62,412 nt of DNA, taken from contig JBJCIZ010000282.1 in the NCBI GenBank assembly GCA_051294375.1, forward strand, positions 627,878 to 690,289. Direction: 5' to 3'. The stretch comes from Paraspadella gotoi (lineage: Eukaryota; Animalia; Chaetognatha). A program made the position numbers and the translations under genes. Of this stretch, positions 1 to 14,088 are shown one piece after another; position 1 is the first letter of the stretch, and every line of letters starts with the position of its first letter. The notes under the pieces were generated by a model. That model did not search any database. It saw only the letters and a program-made list of their open reading frames with translations, and was not told the origin of the DNA.

Positions 1-318
1 TTAATTTTTAACAATTTTTTATGAAAATACTTATCTTTTAAAATCACTCAATATTTATACAAACATATTTTTTTTGTATTTTTATGGATAAAAATGGGTT
101 TAAATTCTTTGTTTTAACTATATTTTACTTTAAAAAGTGAACTTAACCAGCTTTCTCTGATATAAAATTTTGCTATTTTTTTACAATTTTTTTGCATCAA
201 ATTGCTTTATAAAATCGATAGAACGGGAAAATTGAGCGAACGAATTTTCATTTTTTTTATCTTGGGGCATAGTATTATATCAAATACAAAAAATTAAGGG
301 GACACAAGAGGTAATATA

Positions 319-3300
319 TCATATATTGTATTTATGCTCCGCGCTATTATACATGTCTAAGGCTTCCTGATAGTCACTCTCCGAAATGTTTTTTCGTTTG
401 AGTCGGGAATAAAAATCTTCGTGTTTAGGGAATTCCGTTTGTTGTAACACATTCACTCCTTGAAGAAAATCGTAGAAAAAGTTTGCTTTTCTGAGAAACC
501 TGGGGGCCAAGGATTCGTCATAATTATTGTTGTTTACAAATTGATGGGTATAAAAAAAAATTTTTTTAAATTTTTCCGCGCAGTCTGCGCAGGGGGGTTC
601 AGAACCCTTTTTCGTTCGACACAAATCGCAAACGTTATTTTCGAATAATTTGTTCACCAGGGAGTCCAGACTCTCGAAATTAAAGTAGTTACACAAATCG
701 ATGAAGCGAAAAGGTCTCAGTCTTTTACACTTTTTACACGATTTTTTTCTTTCGTTGTTTATAAAACTTCTAATCCTTTTCCCGTTCTTTTTCAGCGGTT
801 CGTCATCATCATCGTCGTCGTTCTCTGAGTCGTCGTCCTTGTCCTCGCGGAGCACAGCCTCTAAGTCCGGCTCCCCGTCGTTCGAATCGAACTCCCACTC
901 GTTGTCTTCGTCGTCTGGGCAGACCTTCTCGCCGGCTTCAGTCGCTTTCCGCGCCTCCAGCGCCTCCAGACGGTCGTAAGCTTCGGAGATCCCGGGCATG
1001 TCGGCGAAACCCATCTTTCTCCCTTTTTTTCTCTCTTCGATCAAATTGGGAACCGTGCCCTTTCTGTACTCTTCGATCTTTCGTTTCTTTTCGGCTCTCT
1101 GCAGTTCAGGCATAAGAAACGTATGCTGACGCTCATGACCTTTTCTTCCGTCTTACCAAGACATCCACTCTGCGAAAATAATGGCTAAGTTCGCTATGGA
1201 AGAGAGAGGGATCTGGGTAAGTCATAACTGAGATTTTAGTAGCTATAGTTATTTCGCTCTTGTCTATCAATGCTAAATTATCATCGATTGCAAACTATAG
1301 CATATATTTTATTGTTAAATGTGTAATCAAATCAATATTTACCGGATAAATGTTCGTGATGTAAAACTTTACTATGTTTCTGAAATAATAAATCATTTTT
1401 TTGGAAATGGAATCTTACATAATTCACAGTTTTTTGGCTTTTGTACTCTTTGCGAATTTTATCTGTTATTTTCTTAAATTCATTGTTGGTATATGAGTTC
1501 GTTTTAATTTCGTAAGAGTCGTTATACAGAGAATCCAAAAAATGTTTTTGAACCTGTGTAATTTTCAAAATTCTTTTCCTCCGGCCTCCCTTTGCTGACC
1601 CAATCGTGATATGTGGGTCAGCGTTTGACCACAATTTGGTATTGTCAGGGTCGTTAAACCAAAATCTATGCTTCATGCGTTTGACCAAATTTATTGCCAA
1701 GTTCGATTAAAATTATGCAAGTTTGAAAACAAGTTTAGCTTATCTAACCACTTTATAATTTATCGATAATGACCTGGAATTTGGTATGTGAGTTAGAAAA
1801 GCTGATAGTGCCTGATAGGAAAGGTATGTGTTTTATCATAGGTATTTGAATTATCTGATAGGCGTTATGATAAACCAATTTTTAAGATTACTTATAATGT
1901 TTACATATCGTTTTAAAAATTTTTGTATGTATTGGCTGCCACTACCGCAGTCCCTACTGTTGTTTCGGTTATTTCGTAGCCTTGAATAGGGCACCAAGGT
2001 CTGTTCTTACCTTCTCCTCTTCCACAAGGGACAATGCTAACTCATCTGTTCAGATTCAGATTTTTATTTCAGGAGTATTTAAATCGCATTCCGTAGGGGT
2101 TCTCAGGGACGCCTTATGAGATTCTTGCAGCCAGTAAACGAAGACCAAGCATTTTAAAATATCGATTGATGCCCGGTGTGAGTCTTAGTTACAAATTTTT
2201 GGTGTTCTTTGTTCTGTGTAAGAGCAAGTTTTCAGTAAATGTGTTGATACTTTTAAATATAGGTTTACTTATAACAGATCTTAAAAAAACATTTGTAACG
2301 CAGAAGAGCTTAATGCGGGAGAAATATTCCTGCTTATGAGAGGAATGGAACGACAGAAAAGTCTGGAGACAGAGAACCAGAATAGACCATGAGAGCTGAC
2401 GCTGCTTTCCGAGCTGTAAAATTGTGATGGTCTCTCAGACACTGCGGTATTTTATACAGTTGCACGAGTGAATATGGAAAGATCTAGGTGGAAAAAAATA
2501 TTTCTCAATTTCTTTTTCCTTAATTATTATAATTATTCTTGATATTCTCGTATGTTTATAAATATGAATAGCAATAATAATTATTATATTCAGAGCTTTC
2601 TCTGATTTTTACGATTTGTCTTCGGAACATTGGTGATCGAGGAAAATTCTACGCCTTCTCGTGAATAAATATAATTTTCTATTTATAAAAAGAGGAGTTT
2701 ATAATTTTTTTTTCGATTATCGGAGCTATTTGGCAAGAAAAATTTAAAAATTGATAGACTATTTTTATGCAATTCCAGCAAAGCATTTTTACACAATTCC
2801 TTTATACTGGAACGATTTTAAAAAACCGTTATTTTATTTTTGAGGGAATTAATTTGGGATTTTTGGGATGTCACTCCTACCGACACTCATGATAATTATT
2901 TTCCAGAGGTAAATTAATTTTAATTTTAAGAAAATTAATATTTGTATAGCAATAGACGAGGTGTTCCGGATTGTTCAATCTCTCGTCAAAGTTTGGAAAT
3001 TTTCATTTAACAACAATCAATTATTCCAAGTATCCTTGTCATTTAATCGCTGTCCCGCAATCCGGTCACCGCGGGTGCTATCAAGCATTCTCTCACTGGT
3101 GTATGATGACTTGTCGTCCTTAATAATATCAGTCAGGCGAGCTCTCTTCCGATGGTGTTCCTCGACGTCGCTCTTTCCCACCCCATCTATAGTGAGCGAT
3201 CTCTGGTCAAGCGACGAGGTTGGAATACATGTTGGGCAATAGAGAACAAATTTTTACTGAAAGACACTTGAATAAGATATTTTGTGTTTTTTAGTTCTCT

Positions 3301-4602
3301 CGAAGTATATATATTACTAAAAAGCGTTTGGCTCTTTAGCAATTCGACAAAATCGGGCCGACTCTTCGCGAGGAACGAATCTACGATTGAATTATTTTGC
3401 CTAATGATTTTTGATACGAACTTAAAATAAAATCACGTATTCTTGGAATAAACCGAATAAAGACTCTCTGTTTCGTGCCTCTTTACCGAGTTGGACAATT
3501 TTTTTTTTTAAATTTTGTTAGTAAAATGCTTACGGGGTTAAATCTCTTCGTTCCTCCCAGTCGTCGGGGACTCTTCCTCTCGAAGCCTCGAGGGCGTTTC
3601 CCTTCGTCGGCTCGTTTGTGTGTGTAGGCGGTTTAACTGTGTCGTAGTGGCTGGAAGTGGTGTGGGCTCGCTGTGTAGGATAAGGAACTCGTTGCTGACA
3701 GTGTAGGTGGGGAGGTCGCGTTCGTGCGGGATTCGCATTTGACTCTGTAAATTTGGCATATTTTGTGAATATCCTTTACGTGAGGGTGGTGTGAATTGAA
3801 GTTCTCGTGATTCGCTTCGGTCTGGACAGATGGCATTGGGGACTTGACCTCGAGTGACCGAATCTATACATCCCGGTGCCTACTCTTGCCGAAGAATCTG
3901 AATATCCTATATATGAGAAGTGTCTGATGGAAGGCTGCTGTAATCCGAAAAAGTCGCATGGATTAGGGAGATACGGTAGGGATGTTCAAATTTTTTTAGT
4001 TCGGAACGGCATGGTTTGGATCGTGGATTCTTTAAAAACTGCATATGGAGAGACTGTCGGGAGAGTTCAGCGTTTTTCACAAGACATTTTTTTAAGGGTG
4101 GTTTTTGGTTTTTATTCAATTGTGATCCGTGATTACAGTGTTTTAAAGAATACAATGTCAAGTGTTTGTTGTGAGTAAGAAAAATTTTACCATGATCCGC
4201 AATTTGGATTCTGATAGAATCTAGCGAATTTGGAAGATCATTAGTAATTTTTGTTTCCTTCTCGTTTTTTCGTTTCCCTATGTAGGATTTAAGTTTGTGA
4301 TTAGGAAGACGTGCTGGTGGAGTTTTGCTAAGTGGGGTGGCCGAAAGTTAGTAATGTCCAAATGGATTTACCGCTCGTTCGCTGACCGATGTCCATGGAT
4401 TTTCTGCGGGTGGAATCGTAATTCGGTGTGGATGTTTAATGACGAAATTTCATTGAGACATATCGTCTTCTTCGCGGATGAGTAAAGCAAGTTGATCGAG
4501 GAAATCATAGTCTATATACATCTCTTTACTCTGGTGTAGACGTGGGTGAAGCTGGGTCGATTAAGATTCAATTCACGGCGTCGTTAAAAATAGTCATTTC
4601 CT
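319..4602 (-). pseudogene. pPolB: Protein-primed family B DNA polymerase, N-terminal two-thirds, frameshifted and truncated after the exonuclease region
   Basis: ORF 319..1113 has RFIDLCNYF..SLDSLVNKL and FLRKANFFYD...PKHEDFYSRLKRKNISESDYQEA, matching the Polinton LRFIDS/LLRKGxFPY/FYSxL..ISDEDY blocks; ORF 1332..1700 has KVLHHEHLSGKY (endonuclease VII-like). Confidence 0.85.
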
Positions 4603-4691
4603 ATATTTTAATTAGAAAGCAATTCGTTTAATCACTTTGGCAATGTGAAGTTCTTGTTAGGCATAAAATAATACTATTCTTTCTGATTTTT

Positions 4692-5518
4692 TTTAATAAT
4701 CAGATACGCTTTCGTACGAGTTGTTGTAGGTTAACTTTGCTATGTAGGGTTCTTCCTCGCTCCCGGTTCGTCGAATCGTGACGCGATAAATAGCAGTATG
4801 AATTTTTGATTTCGATCTTGAAATTGGTGAGTGGAAGATCGGTGTGTCGTTGAAATCGTAGCGGGAAGACGGGGGATAGGAAAGTGGGTGTGATGATCGG
4901 GGGAAATGGTCGGAAGTCAGGATTGGATATCGTAGGGAAAATTCTTGGGATTGTTCGAAATTAGCGAAGTACGGAATACTACCTTTTCTGCGGCATCGAT
5001 CGCAGCGTTTTGAAATTTTTTGTGTGGGAACAGAAAGGTCCAGTGCGTGAAGTGTTGTTTGTCGTTTGATCCTTAGCGATAATTCTCTGAGATGTTCTCT
5101 TGCGGTTTGTCAACGGTTTTGACGTTGAACGAATCGAGTGGTTCGGGAGCAGAATTTTTTTATTTCGATTTGTTCACAAAAAGTTTATAAAGGACGAAAT
5201 TTATGATTCGTTTGGTTCCTGCTTGCGCAGGCGGTTGAGGTAGTGAGATAATGTTTTGCTATATGTTTTGGCAAAATTTTGTTCGTGGTAGCAAACAAAA
5301 TATTATAATGTACTTTTACTATGACTCTGAGGAAAATCTCGATTTCTTACGTTTACATTATTTCATCTTGTTTGAAAATATGTTTAGCTTTATCGGTCTG
5401 TAAAATATATAATTTGTATACTGTTTGAGTTTATCGTTCCGTCTTCTTCCTCAGGTCTAGAAATTATAGGAGAAAGAAATGGGAGAGAGAGAGAGCAGAA
5501 AGGACCATATGATGCCAT
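4692..5518 (-). pseudogene. Degraded copy of the E1A-like PLDLS ORF
   Basis: Homologous to 59146-59763; reverse complement near 5027-5044 reads ctg gac ctt tct gtt ccc = LDLSVP. Confidence 0.6.
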
Positions 5519-5952
5519 GAGGTGCTGGGCAAATATAGGGGATTGGCGTCGAATCGACATTGCAAAGACGGACGGTTCGAAATTACGAGTTAGTGTAGTT
5601 AGCAGGAACAGAGATTCGAGAGAGTTCCGATAAAGGGAAATACGCACGTAATTTCGTTCATGGTGCTTCTCGGTGAGGCAACTCGCAATTTGCACAATGA
5701 GAGCAGGCAGAGAGAGCGAGAGAGAGCGGACGGTATACACGGGAGAATAAAAGCAAGTATGACAAAATGTAGAGTTGATGTATTTGTCTGTCGTGTGTCT
5801 CTCTCCTGACTACTACTCATACATTGTCTTTCTCCCTTGTCTATATCTCCTCTCTAGTAATTTTATACCTCAATCGTGGATTTAATTTCGTCATACTCTA
5901 CTCCTCTCCCAAATTGTAGTAACATGCCCATACTTCCCGTCAGATACACAAT

Positions 5953-6030
5953 ACGGCATTGAACGGCATTGAAAGGCAATTGAACGCGCATTGAACGACC
6001 ATAAAACGCACATGGAAACGGGCATTGGAA
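5953..6030 (+). repeat. Degenerate ~10-bp tandem repeat (ACGGCATTGA)n
   Basis: acggcattga acggcattga aaggcaattga acgcgcattga ... seen directly. Confidence 0.7.
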
Positions 6031-8199
6031 GCGCTGGACTTATAAAAAGATAATATAAACGAAATAATAAAAACCTTAATATAATACTAAAATCAAGTAA
6101 AGAAACATTAAAACAAAACCTGCCTTCACGCTTCACGAAAGCTTGACGATGTGTCTCTCTAAACGCTACTACTTAAAAATATTGAATTTCCCTTACTCTT
6201 TTCTACCTCTACACATCTATCTTGGCCTTCACAGTCCTCTTCTTCTCCTTTTCACTTTCACTTACTCTCTTTCTCTCTCTCTCTCTATATTAGGGTAAAG
6301 CGTTTTTTAGGCATGGCATTAAATTAAGTGTTCATTCTTTCAGCCTGGCTCATATACGATCTATTTTTGAGAAATATGAAACTTGAAACACGGAAAATAT
6401 TTAACAGACTAATTGACCTTTACAGGCGTCAGCGCTTGTTAGAAGAACCCTAAGGAAGTTAAAATTTTGGAAACGTTCAGAGAAATTACATAAGTTTAAT
6501 TTTTCTTTTCCATAATTTTTTTGACAATTACAAAATTAGTTCTGTAAAAAATAAAAATTAGTATATACATATAATTCTCTCCTTACAAAAAATTCATCAT
6601 CATTTCATCATTTGGTATTGGTCGCCGTTGTTTATTAATTTTCTTTTATTTTTTCTCACTTTTTTCGCTTATATTTTTCATAATTACAAACAGCACATTT
6701 AAAAACATGAAAGTAATTTTTTGTTCCGACTTTATTCTGTTCTCTCTCTGCTCTTCTTACTTCTTTCTCATTTATCAACACATTTAATAATACTACAAAC
6801 TTTTAAACGCACGAAAGAATTTCGAAATTACTCAGAGATCTCTATAAAAAAAATTATATAGTGACGGCGCAAAATTTTCTTAGAAATAAATTGCTATGTT
6901 TTTTTCTACTCCTCTTCATATTATTTGCCACCACTCAGTTCGCTCTAAACATCTAACCATTAAGCCTCACCTTTTTTGGAGCCGTCGCTCTGTCCCAAGT
7001 GCAATCGAACCCCTTTCAAGAGTTAAATGTGGCAACCGACTAATTGTTTCGAGGTTACCTAATATACTCGTAGTAGTAGGCAGGGCCAAAATTGAACACG
7101 GCGTTGATTTATTTTCTATAACTTAAACCTAGTCCTTCGTCTTTAAAATTTTTTGTCTCCTACTCCGTTTTGACTACTCGTCAAATCCGTGATTGAAATG
7201 TTCAATTTGTCAACTTTTTGAGTATTAGGTTCATTGGGTTGGTGGCAGGCTTAAGGATGAACGCTGCGGTCTAGACATGATCCTTGGGTTTCCAAACTCC
7301 GATGTAGTTGATTTTTTATACGACTAAACCTCGTATATACCACCTGCACCGTGTTGACCAAACAACCGGAATTGGATCGCCAGTCGGACCAATTCGAGTT
7401 TAGATGGAATAGCTAAAAACATCTAGATGTGGGAGTCACAAAACCCTATATACTTGATATCTTTAATAAGTATTAATGATGATTACCTAATACAATTGTT
7501 TTTAATTAATTACGTTAATTAAATCGTAAATGGTTTTAATATCCCAAAAAAATGATGCAAAGTATAAAAATAATAATGATGGCCTTAAAAGCATAAGATT
7601 TCGGTCGCGGCAATTGCATTTAAAAAGAGAGAGAGGAGAGACGGCAAGTGAGAGGTGGTGAGCGGAGTGAGAAGAGAGACCAAGGAGAGACATAAAATAA
7701 AAATAAAGAATTTGGTTTGTTTTGATAAAATGCCAAACAAAAACATATTTAATAAAACTGTCCTAACCCAAAATTTTAAGGACGAGTCGCATTTGGCTCA
7801 TGATGAGTTTTGAATTATAAGATTTAAGGAATTGAATTAAAATTCACGAGTAAAGTTTGAAAATTTAATTAATTAATTAATTAATCGCATTTAATTTTAA
7901 TTAATTAACCACTTAAGTATATCTGCAGGCAGATCCGTACATCGAATCTGTTTGGCCTCGCGACAACGATCTGTTATTGTATGGTATGTACTCTTCGGAG
8001 TCTGTCTTTGATGGTAGATGACTTTAAACCATTCCGCGGGCTTTTCTCGACGGTACCGATACCTCACGTACGCGAGTACGAAATATCGGTTTGTGTTATT
8101 TCGTATAATAACGCTAGTTATGACCTGCGCCGTGAAGGTAGAGTGTCGGTGTTCGCAAAAATAACCAGCGGAACTAATAATTTTCGCAGTTGTTCCCGG

Positions 8200-8950
8200 T
8201 CGGCTAAATAATGCCGTGATCGCTGGACTGTGTCCTGCAGCACCAGTAAAACAGACTGCGAACCGCCCAGGTTGCGCCTTCAAGCGACAACTGCTCCCTC
8301 CTTTTGAGGCGCTGGAGGCACCGATCTTGATGGCCAAAGCAAGGGATCCATCGGGGAGAAGGAAAACCCAAGTCTAAAATTGCGCCACGTTCGTTATTGA
8401 AAGGACATGACAACGGATGAGTTTGGGGGGATACGCGGAATCTCCTGTGGGCCATCGTTTGTGTCGAGGCAATTTTTTGTTTTACCCGTTTCAGCTTAGC
8501 GACTGACCTCGAACACATTTTGACGGTGGGCGTGGCCGCATTAGCCGACGCAGCGTAGGAAACAGCGTTTGTTTTAACCGTTCTAGCCTACTCTGTTCCA
8601 CCGAGAACCCGTGTGGTTGGCGCGCTCGTTGCCGACGACGACGGGTAGAGTGCGCCGCGCCGCCCCAGATCGGAGGAGAGCGCAAGCTTTCAAGCGCTTG
8701 CTTGTTTCTATCATTAGGATGCCATTGACTCGAATGCGGATTTGTCGGGTTTCGAGTGGGTGTCACCAGCTGTTAAGATGCGCAAGGCATTGCATAGTGC
8801 GCGAATTCTGGTTTCCCCTCGCGCAAGATTTTGATGAGTGCTTACCTTAAAAAGTCATGGGTGTGACGAACGACATCTCTCCAGATTAAAACTTCGAAAC
8901 GCTTGTTGCGAGACAATTCGTCCCCCTCGATGGGAAATCAGATCTCGCAG
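8200..8950 (-). pseudogene. Possible Ty3/gypsy LTR retrotransposon integrase remnant
   Basis: Minus-strand fragments across frameshifts: LCNALRI ... SNGI.IE..KRLK (resembles LCxxLGI..YHPQSNGxxERxxRTLK) and KAQPGRFAV (GPY/F-like). Confidence 0.4.
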
Positions 8951-10125
8951 CACAGGTTAAGAAGAAAATGATGTGCGGTCTCGCGTCTTGTGAGGGCAAT
9001 CGTCACACTATTAGATATCCCAAAAAAAAAAAACTTTATCATGGCGTCGTCAGGGCAGATGGCTTGGCCGAAAAATCCTGAGGGACTTTTCGTTTTCCAA
9101 TCGGTCATGAGACCGACGAGATTAAAATTGCCCCGCCCAGCCTAGCACACCCATTTTATTTATTATTTTTTTTTTTTTTCTGAAAGAAAACAGCAAACAA
9201 ATAATTCCGGGAATGGTTTGCAAAAAAGTACTATGCTTTCCGGCAAATAATCGAACAAAAAAGGGAGGGAAAAAGAAAGAAAAACAAAGGGGGAAAAAAA
9301 AAAAAAAAAAAAAGGATTATCAGGGGAGAAATTTTGATTTGAAAATAGTGTTACAATGATCAAATCAATATTTGAACTCTGTTTAAACTTTTAACTTTTT
9401 TTTAAATTAATGTTTTCCTTGAATTTTTAACAGATTAAAGAATGGAAAACCAAAAAATGACTTTTACCCTTACTTATGACGTTCGCCAAAAGCGCGAATT
9501 TTGATCACGAAGGTAAATTGACATAAATTGACATAAATTCTAATATTCGTTGGTCCAATTGAAAGTTAAAACCTAAATAATGTGTGGGTACTAGATATAA
9601 ATTTTTAAGTTTTATTTTTTTTTTAACGTTCTATTTAAATAGTTCCCCTGAGTAGTGGCAAAACAAGCTAAATCGACTCCTCTCTTGCATAGCGCCACTT
9701 TTTAACATTGTAAAGTGAACCGTAAAGATTGATTCAAAGCCCTATCCTTGTCGACGGGTTACGATTATTACTCCGGGACCCTACATGCGGCTTGCTTTAG
9801 GTTAGTGTCTGCTGTTCGCTTTTGTTTCTTTTATTGTTTGTTATTTTACTAAAAAGAAAAGATGCTAACCTTTCATTATATTTTATTCCAGGCGTTTTCA
9901 TACCCAAATAAGTTTTTTCTTTAAAATTAGGGGATCGCCTTCCTTTTCCGGGCCAACGGCGCCCCAAAGATGGAGTCAATAGGCAGCGCGGCTAGCGCGG
10001 TAATAAGTCGTGTCGATTAAGTATCTTCATTAGTCTCGAATAATTTTCCAACCGCTTTCGCTTATTTTCTCGACTTCCTCGAACCAACCAGCTCGCGCAG
10101 TTCATGGCGGTTAAATCATGACGGC

Positions 10126-13100
10126 TTGGCAAGACTACGCCGCCACCACGAGTCCAAAGGTAGATTTTTATTCTCTAGGAATTTTCCTCTTTTATGCCTC
10201 CCGGTGCGTCGTCATCCTCTTCCCCTATATTCAACCCATCATCTCCCCGTTTCCTCTTTAGCTTCAAACAAGGAGGGAAGAGGACTCGACGTCCTTCGCG
10301 AACCGTGGGCAGCAGCGGAAAGCTTCGGCGGGACGACATGCCGCTTTTCCGATGCTGCCCCGTCTCAAGACATTCTACCTGGTCGTCTGCGAGCCACCCT
10401 GCGACATCGTTGTCAAGCCCAAGCCGCTTCGCAGCCACATCGAGCTTGCGTCACCGCAGGTCGCTGCGACGCTCGGTTGGTCGGACTCGCCCGCCAGCGA
10501 CGGCGGTTCGGCCCCGGCGGCGACCGCGGGCGTCGAAGGCCGCCTCGTAGTCGAACACTTCTGGTGACAACCCCGTCGCCCAGTCGCCGCCGGCCGAGTC
10601 AAAATCCTCGGAGTCTCTCAGCGTCTGGCGCGCGGCCTTCCTCGAGGAGCACGCCTTCGCCAGCGCTTTCGGTCTTTCGCGCTAAGAGTACGAACCCCAG
10701 TATGTATCGAATGAATGGCGAAAAAACAATTTGTTAATTTATAAATTTTTTGAAATTAACTCTGAGATGCGAGCTTCAAGATTAGGTTATACATGTGACT
10801 TGCATTTAAAAATACTTTTTCGATATAATTTATATTTTGAACAAAAATATTAATTAAAGAATATATTTTTCAGGTTCTTCTCAAAAGGAAACCGAAATCG
10901 AAATCAAAGGAAAAAGCGGTAGAGTCGGGGATGAGGGGGAGACGAGAAGAATGTGAGTGCTTATGCCTATGGCGTCCCCTGATGTCTTGCATTCTCGTTC
11001 CTCTCTTACCGGTTTCCGTCGATCGGGCGAACGACGCCCCCTCTCTCACGAAAACACTCGTGTCCGCCCTCTCTGGGCCAATCCTGCAAGTTATGTTCTC
11101 GCAAAGAATTTCCTATCTCGCTTTTGGTATACAGGCCCGACAGCGACTTCCTCGTCCAAGTCTGGGGTCCCGTCGCACTCGTCGAGTGTCGGAGATTTAA
11201 ATTGCTTTGCGGCATCTGGCCGGAGGTGGACGCGCGGTCAAATGTTCTCGACTCTGACGATTCACATCTAGCTCGGGCGTGGCTTGCACGCGCTCCCTTG
11301 GAAGTCGTCGCCAAATCCGGGGCGCCAAGGACCGTCGCGGGCGACGCCAGCTGAGACAAGGTCCATAACGAGGCGTTCGACGCAGGAGCGCCGCCTCTTG
11401 CCTCACTGAACAAACTGAACAACACAAGAGACCCACCACCGTCGACGACTTCTTTCCTCCCCACTCCCTGAGCCGTCCGCCGGGGGATGCGAACTCCCCG
11501 TCCGGGTGCCACTCATTCTCTCCCGTCGGGCCTCCCCGGCTTCCCGACCCTTCCACGCCCCCGCCGATATCCACCCTCTTCCTTTTCTCGTAACCCGAAC
11601 GACCTGTCTCCGCGGGATTACCCGCTGCCCGACGACAAAACAGATTTTTGGACCCGAGCTCCCATCCAACTTCACGGCCCGGCCTCTTCGGTCGGGAGAT
11701 CGGAGGCCTCCGGAATCGCGTCACTGGGTGGGCCGTATCGCGGGACTGGTTTCTCGGCCAGTTTCTCGGCCAGGATTCTCGCGGAGTGGGAGTCTCGGCC
11801 TCCGGTGTTCCGAGGAGGCTCGAGGCCGGTTCAAGGACAGTGACTCGACGGGGCGCTGGGTCTGCACGCGTCCGTAGCTCCCGATTCTGGTGGGATGGGA
11901 TCTCGGCAGTCTTCCCGCTCTGGGCTCCCCCGGCGTGGTGCCGCCCCAAGCCGGTGCGTGTTCACAAGGCCGTGGACGTCGTCCCTGGGAGGCGCAGAAG
12001 ATCATGATCCGTACTCCTGTCTTCTCAACGACGCCTGGCTTTCGACTTCTGTCCTCAAAGACCACATGCGTTTCGCCGTTCCCCGCGACCCACCTGGAGA
12101 TTGGTTTCCGGCTCTCTGNNNNNNNNNNNNNNNNNNNNNNNNNGGACGAAGAGAGGGAAAAGGGACGAGGAGGACGAATGGATTCCGAGGCGGCGGGGCA
12201 TTCGATCGTCAGGAGAAAGGTCGCGAGAGGAACGTCACGACTTGCGAGCGGTCAGTCGGCGACGATGGCCGGGACAAGGAAGCGTCCCTCCTTCCCTCCT
12301 CGCCCTGGAGGGAGAAGGAGAGTCGATGCCCATCCCAAGCGTTACTCGCTTGGTATTCGCCCATTCGAGCGTAAGCCCTATCCTACGTCAGTCCCTTACG
12401 ACAATCCCGATCGCGCGAGGACGACGACCTGACGACACGCCGACGACGGGAAAGCGAGCACGCTGAGAGGAGGAGAGAGGAGGAGGCGACAGAGGAGAGA
12501 AGAAGAAGGCAGACCGGTCTCCTTTCGAGCTTCCTCCCCGAGAGAGAGGTAGCGAGAGAATGAGGAGGAGAGATGGAAGAAGATTCCCTCGACCAGTCCG
12601 ATGCCGAAGCGTCCTGATTTCTCCTTTCCTCCTCTCGCCTTGACGCCGGACCGTTCATAGACTCGCGCGGTTTCGGAGCGTCTCTCCCCTGAAAAAGAGG
12701 AAGGTTCTCGCCGATTCCGACGCTTCTTCTTACTCGGAATCCCGGAACGCCCAAAACGCGTCGCCAGAAGTGGCTCGTCGACGACGGGATGTTCCTTCCC
12801 CAGTGAGGCCACAATCGAGAAAAGCCGACAAGGCAGAACCGGAAGACCGTCTCTCGGCGTACAAACTCGGACCCCATCATACCCGGGATCGCTCCAAGCG
12901 GCGGCTCCCGATACGAGAAGACGAGAAGACGGACGAAGAGGACGACCGGACGCGCCCACGATACGATAGAGGACGACAAGGACGGACGATCGAAGGGTCC
13001 GTCATAGACGAAGGCGCGGCGACGATCGAGCGCAAGATCCTCAGGAACTTTTCGACGAGACGAGGAGCGAAGCGGAAGCGTGACGAGGTCGCGCTGCGGA

Positions 13101-13222
13101 CATCGATTAGTTGGCACTCTTACACCGGACGCTCGTTAATTCTCGGTACACCCTCTTTCCTCTCTCTTCTCTCTCGTATAAATTCTACATTCTCTCTTCT
13201 CTCTCTTCTCTCTCTCTCATGA
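10126..13222 (+). other. GC-rich, coding-like region of unknown product, probably spliced; possible alternative cargo of copy B
   Basis: Long overlapping ORFs, an AT-rich intron-like block at ~10735-10873 ending ttttcag, and a charged R/D/E-rich ORF 12770..13222; no family motif recognised. Confidence 0.35.
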
Positions 13223-13283
13223 TAAATATTTACGTAACATTTCTGTTAATTAAATAATTTTAATACAATTTGCCCCTTCTCCT

Positions 13284-13316
<33 letters not shown>

Positions 13317-13438
13317 CATCGATCCGTGTGTAATATTTAAAAAATTGTCTATTGATTATAATAACTTATAACAAACATTTGTCTGTTTCGACGTGTATAT
13401 ATAAAATAATTACTACACCAAAAATTTCCTCACTTCCT

Positions 13439-13478
<40 letters not shown>

Positions 13479-13878
13479 AAATGTTTATAGAATTTATATA
13501 ATTGTATTTGTACAGACGCAAGTTCGCTTCGTTTATCGATAACTAATCCCCTTTTAACCATTATGTACACGTATTTCCGGACGTATTTAGAATGTGGGTC
13601 TGTTAATAATAGTTTTTTCTTCTTTGCCTCGGAAGCGAGTTTCGTTCGCCTATTTGAGAAATTTTTAAACTTACAGCGACCCACGTTTTTCTAAACTGTT
13701 ATATATTGTAATTCACTAAACCGAAAAATTAAAATACCAAAAAAACTTAAAAAATAAAAAATAAAATAAAAAATTGTTGCTATTTCGTCTACTTTAACAA
13801 ACAAAATTATCTACTATATTCTTTTATCGTATTTGTTTAACAAAAAATTCTATCTATAAATATTCTTTGTATGATATT

Positions 13879-14088
13879 TCACATTCGAAAACCAAAAAAA
13901 AATGTTTCGGTGTCCTTTTTGTAATGATAAATGCATTGTAATTGTATTTCCCTAACCCAGACATCATTTAAAAAACGTGTTTTCTCTATTTTTTCGTTTC
14001 TCTGTACATAGTAGTTTCCCTCATCATCCTGATAATAAAATGTAAAAATTTTAACAAAATTCTTTTTTTTTTTCTCTCGATCAGACAT
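13879..14088 (-). CDS. Small hypothetical protein downstream of pPolB in copy B (may continue into 13430..13684)
   Basis: 69-aa ORF MSDREKKKKNFVKIFTFYY; its ATG sits at the point where homology with copy D (~52820) ends. Confidence 0.4.
   Translation of the reverse strand: MSDREKKKKNFVKIFTFYYQDDEGNYYVQRNEKIEKTRFLNDVWVREIQLQCIYHYKKDTETFFFGFRM

Larger units (their letters stand above)
1..5720 (-). mobile_element. Polinton/Maverick (adintovirus-like) element, partial copy A (truncated pPolB plus PLDLS ORF); noisy
   Basis: Collinear with 55135-59900 and, from ~347 onward, with 16605-20870; sequence quality degrades towards 5.7 kb. Confidence 0.85.

Noticed and set aside
5953-6030. CRISPR-like array (also considered for 49915-49982)
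   Set aside because: Units of 10-19 bp with no unique spacers, no cas genes and a eukaryotic context
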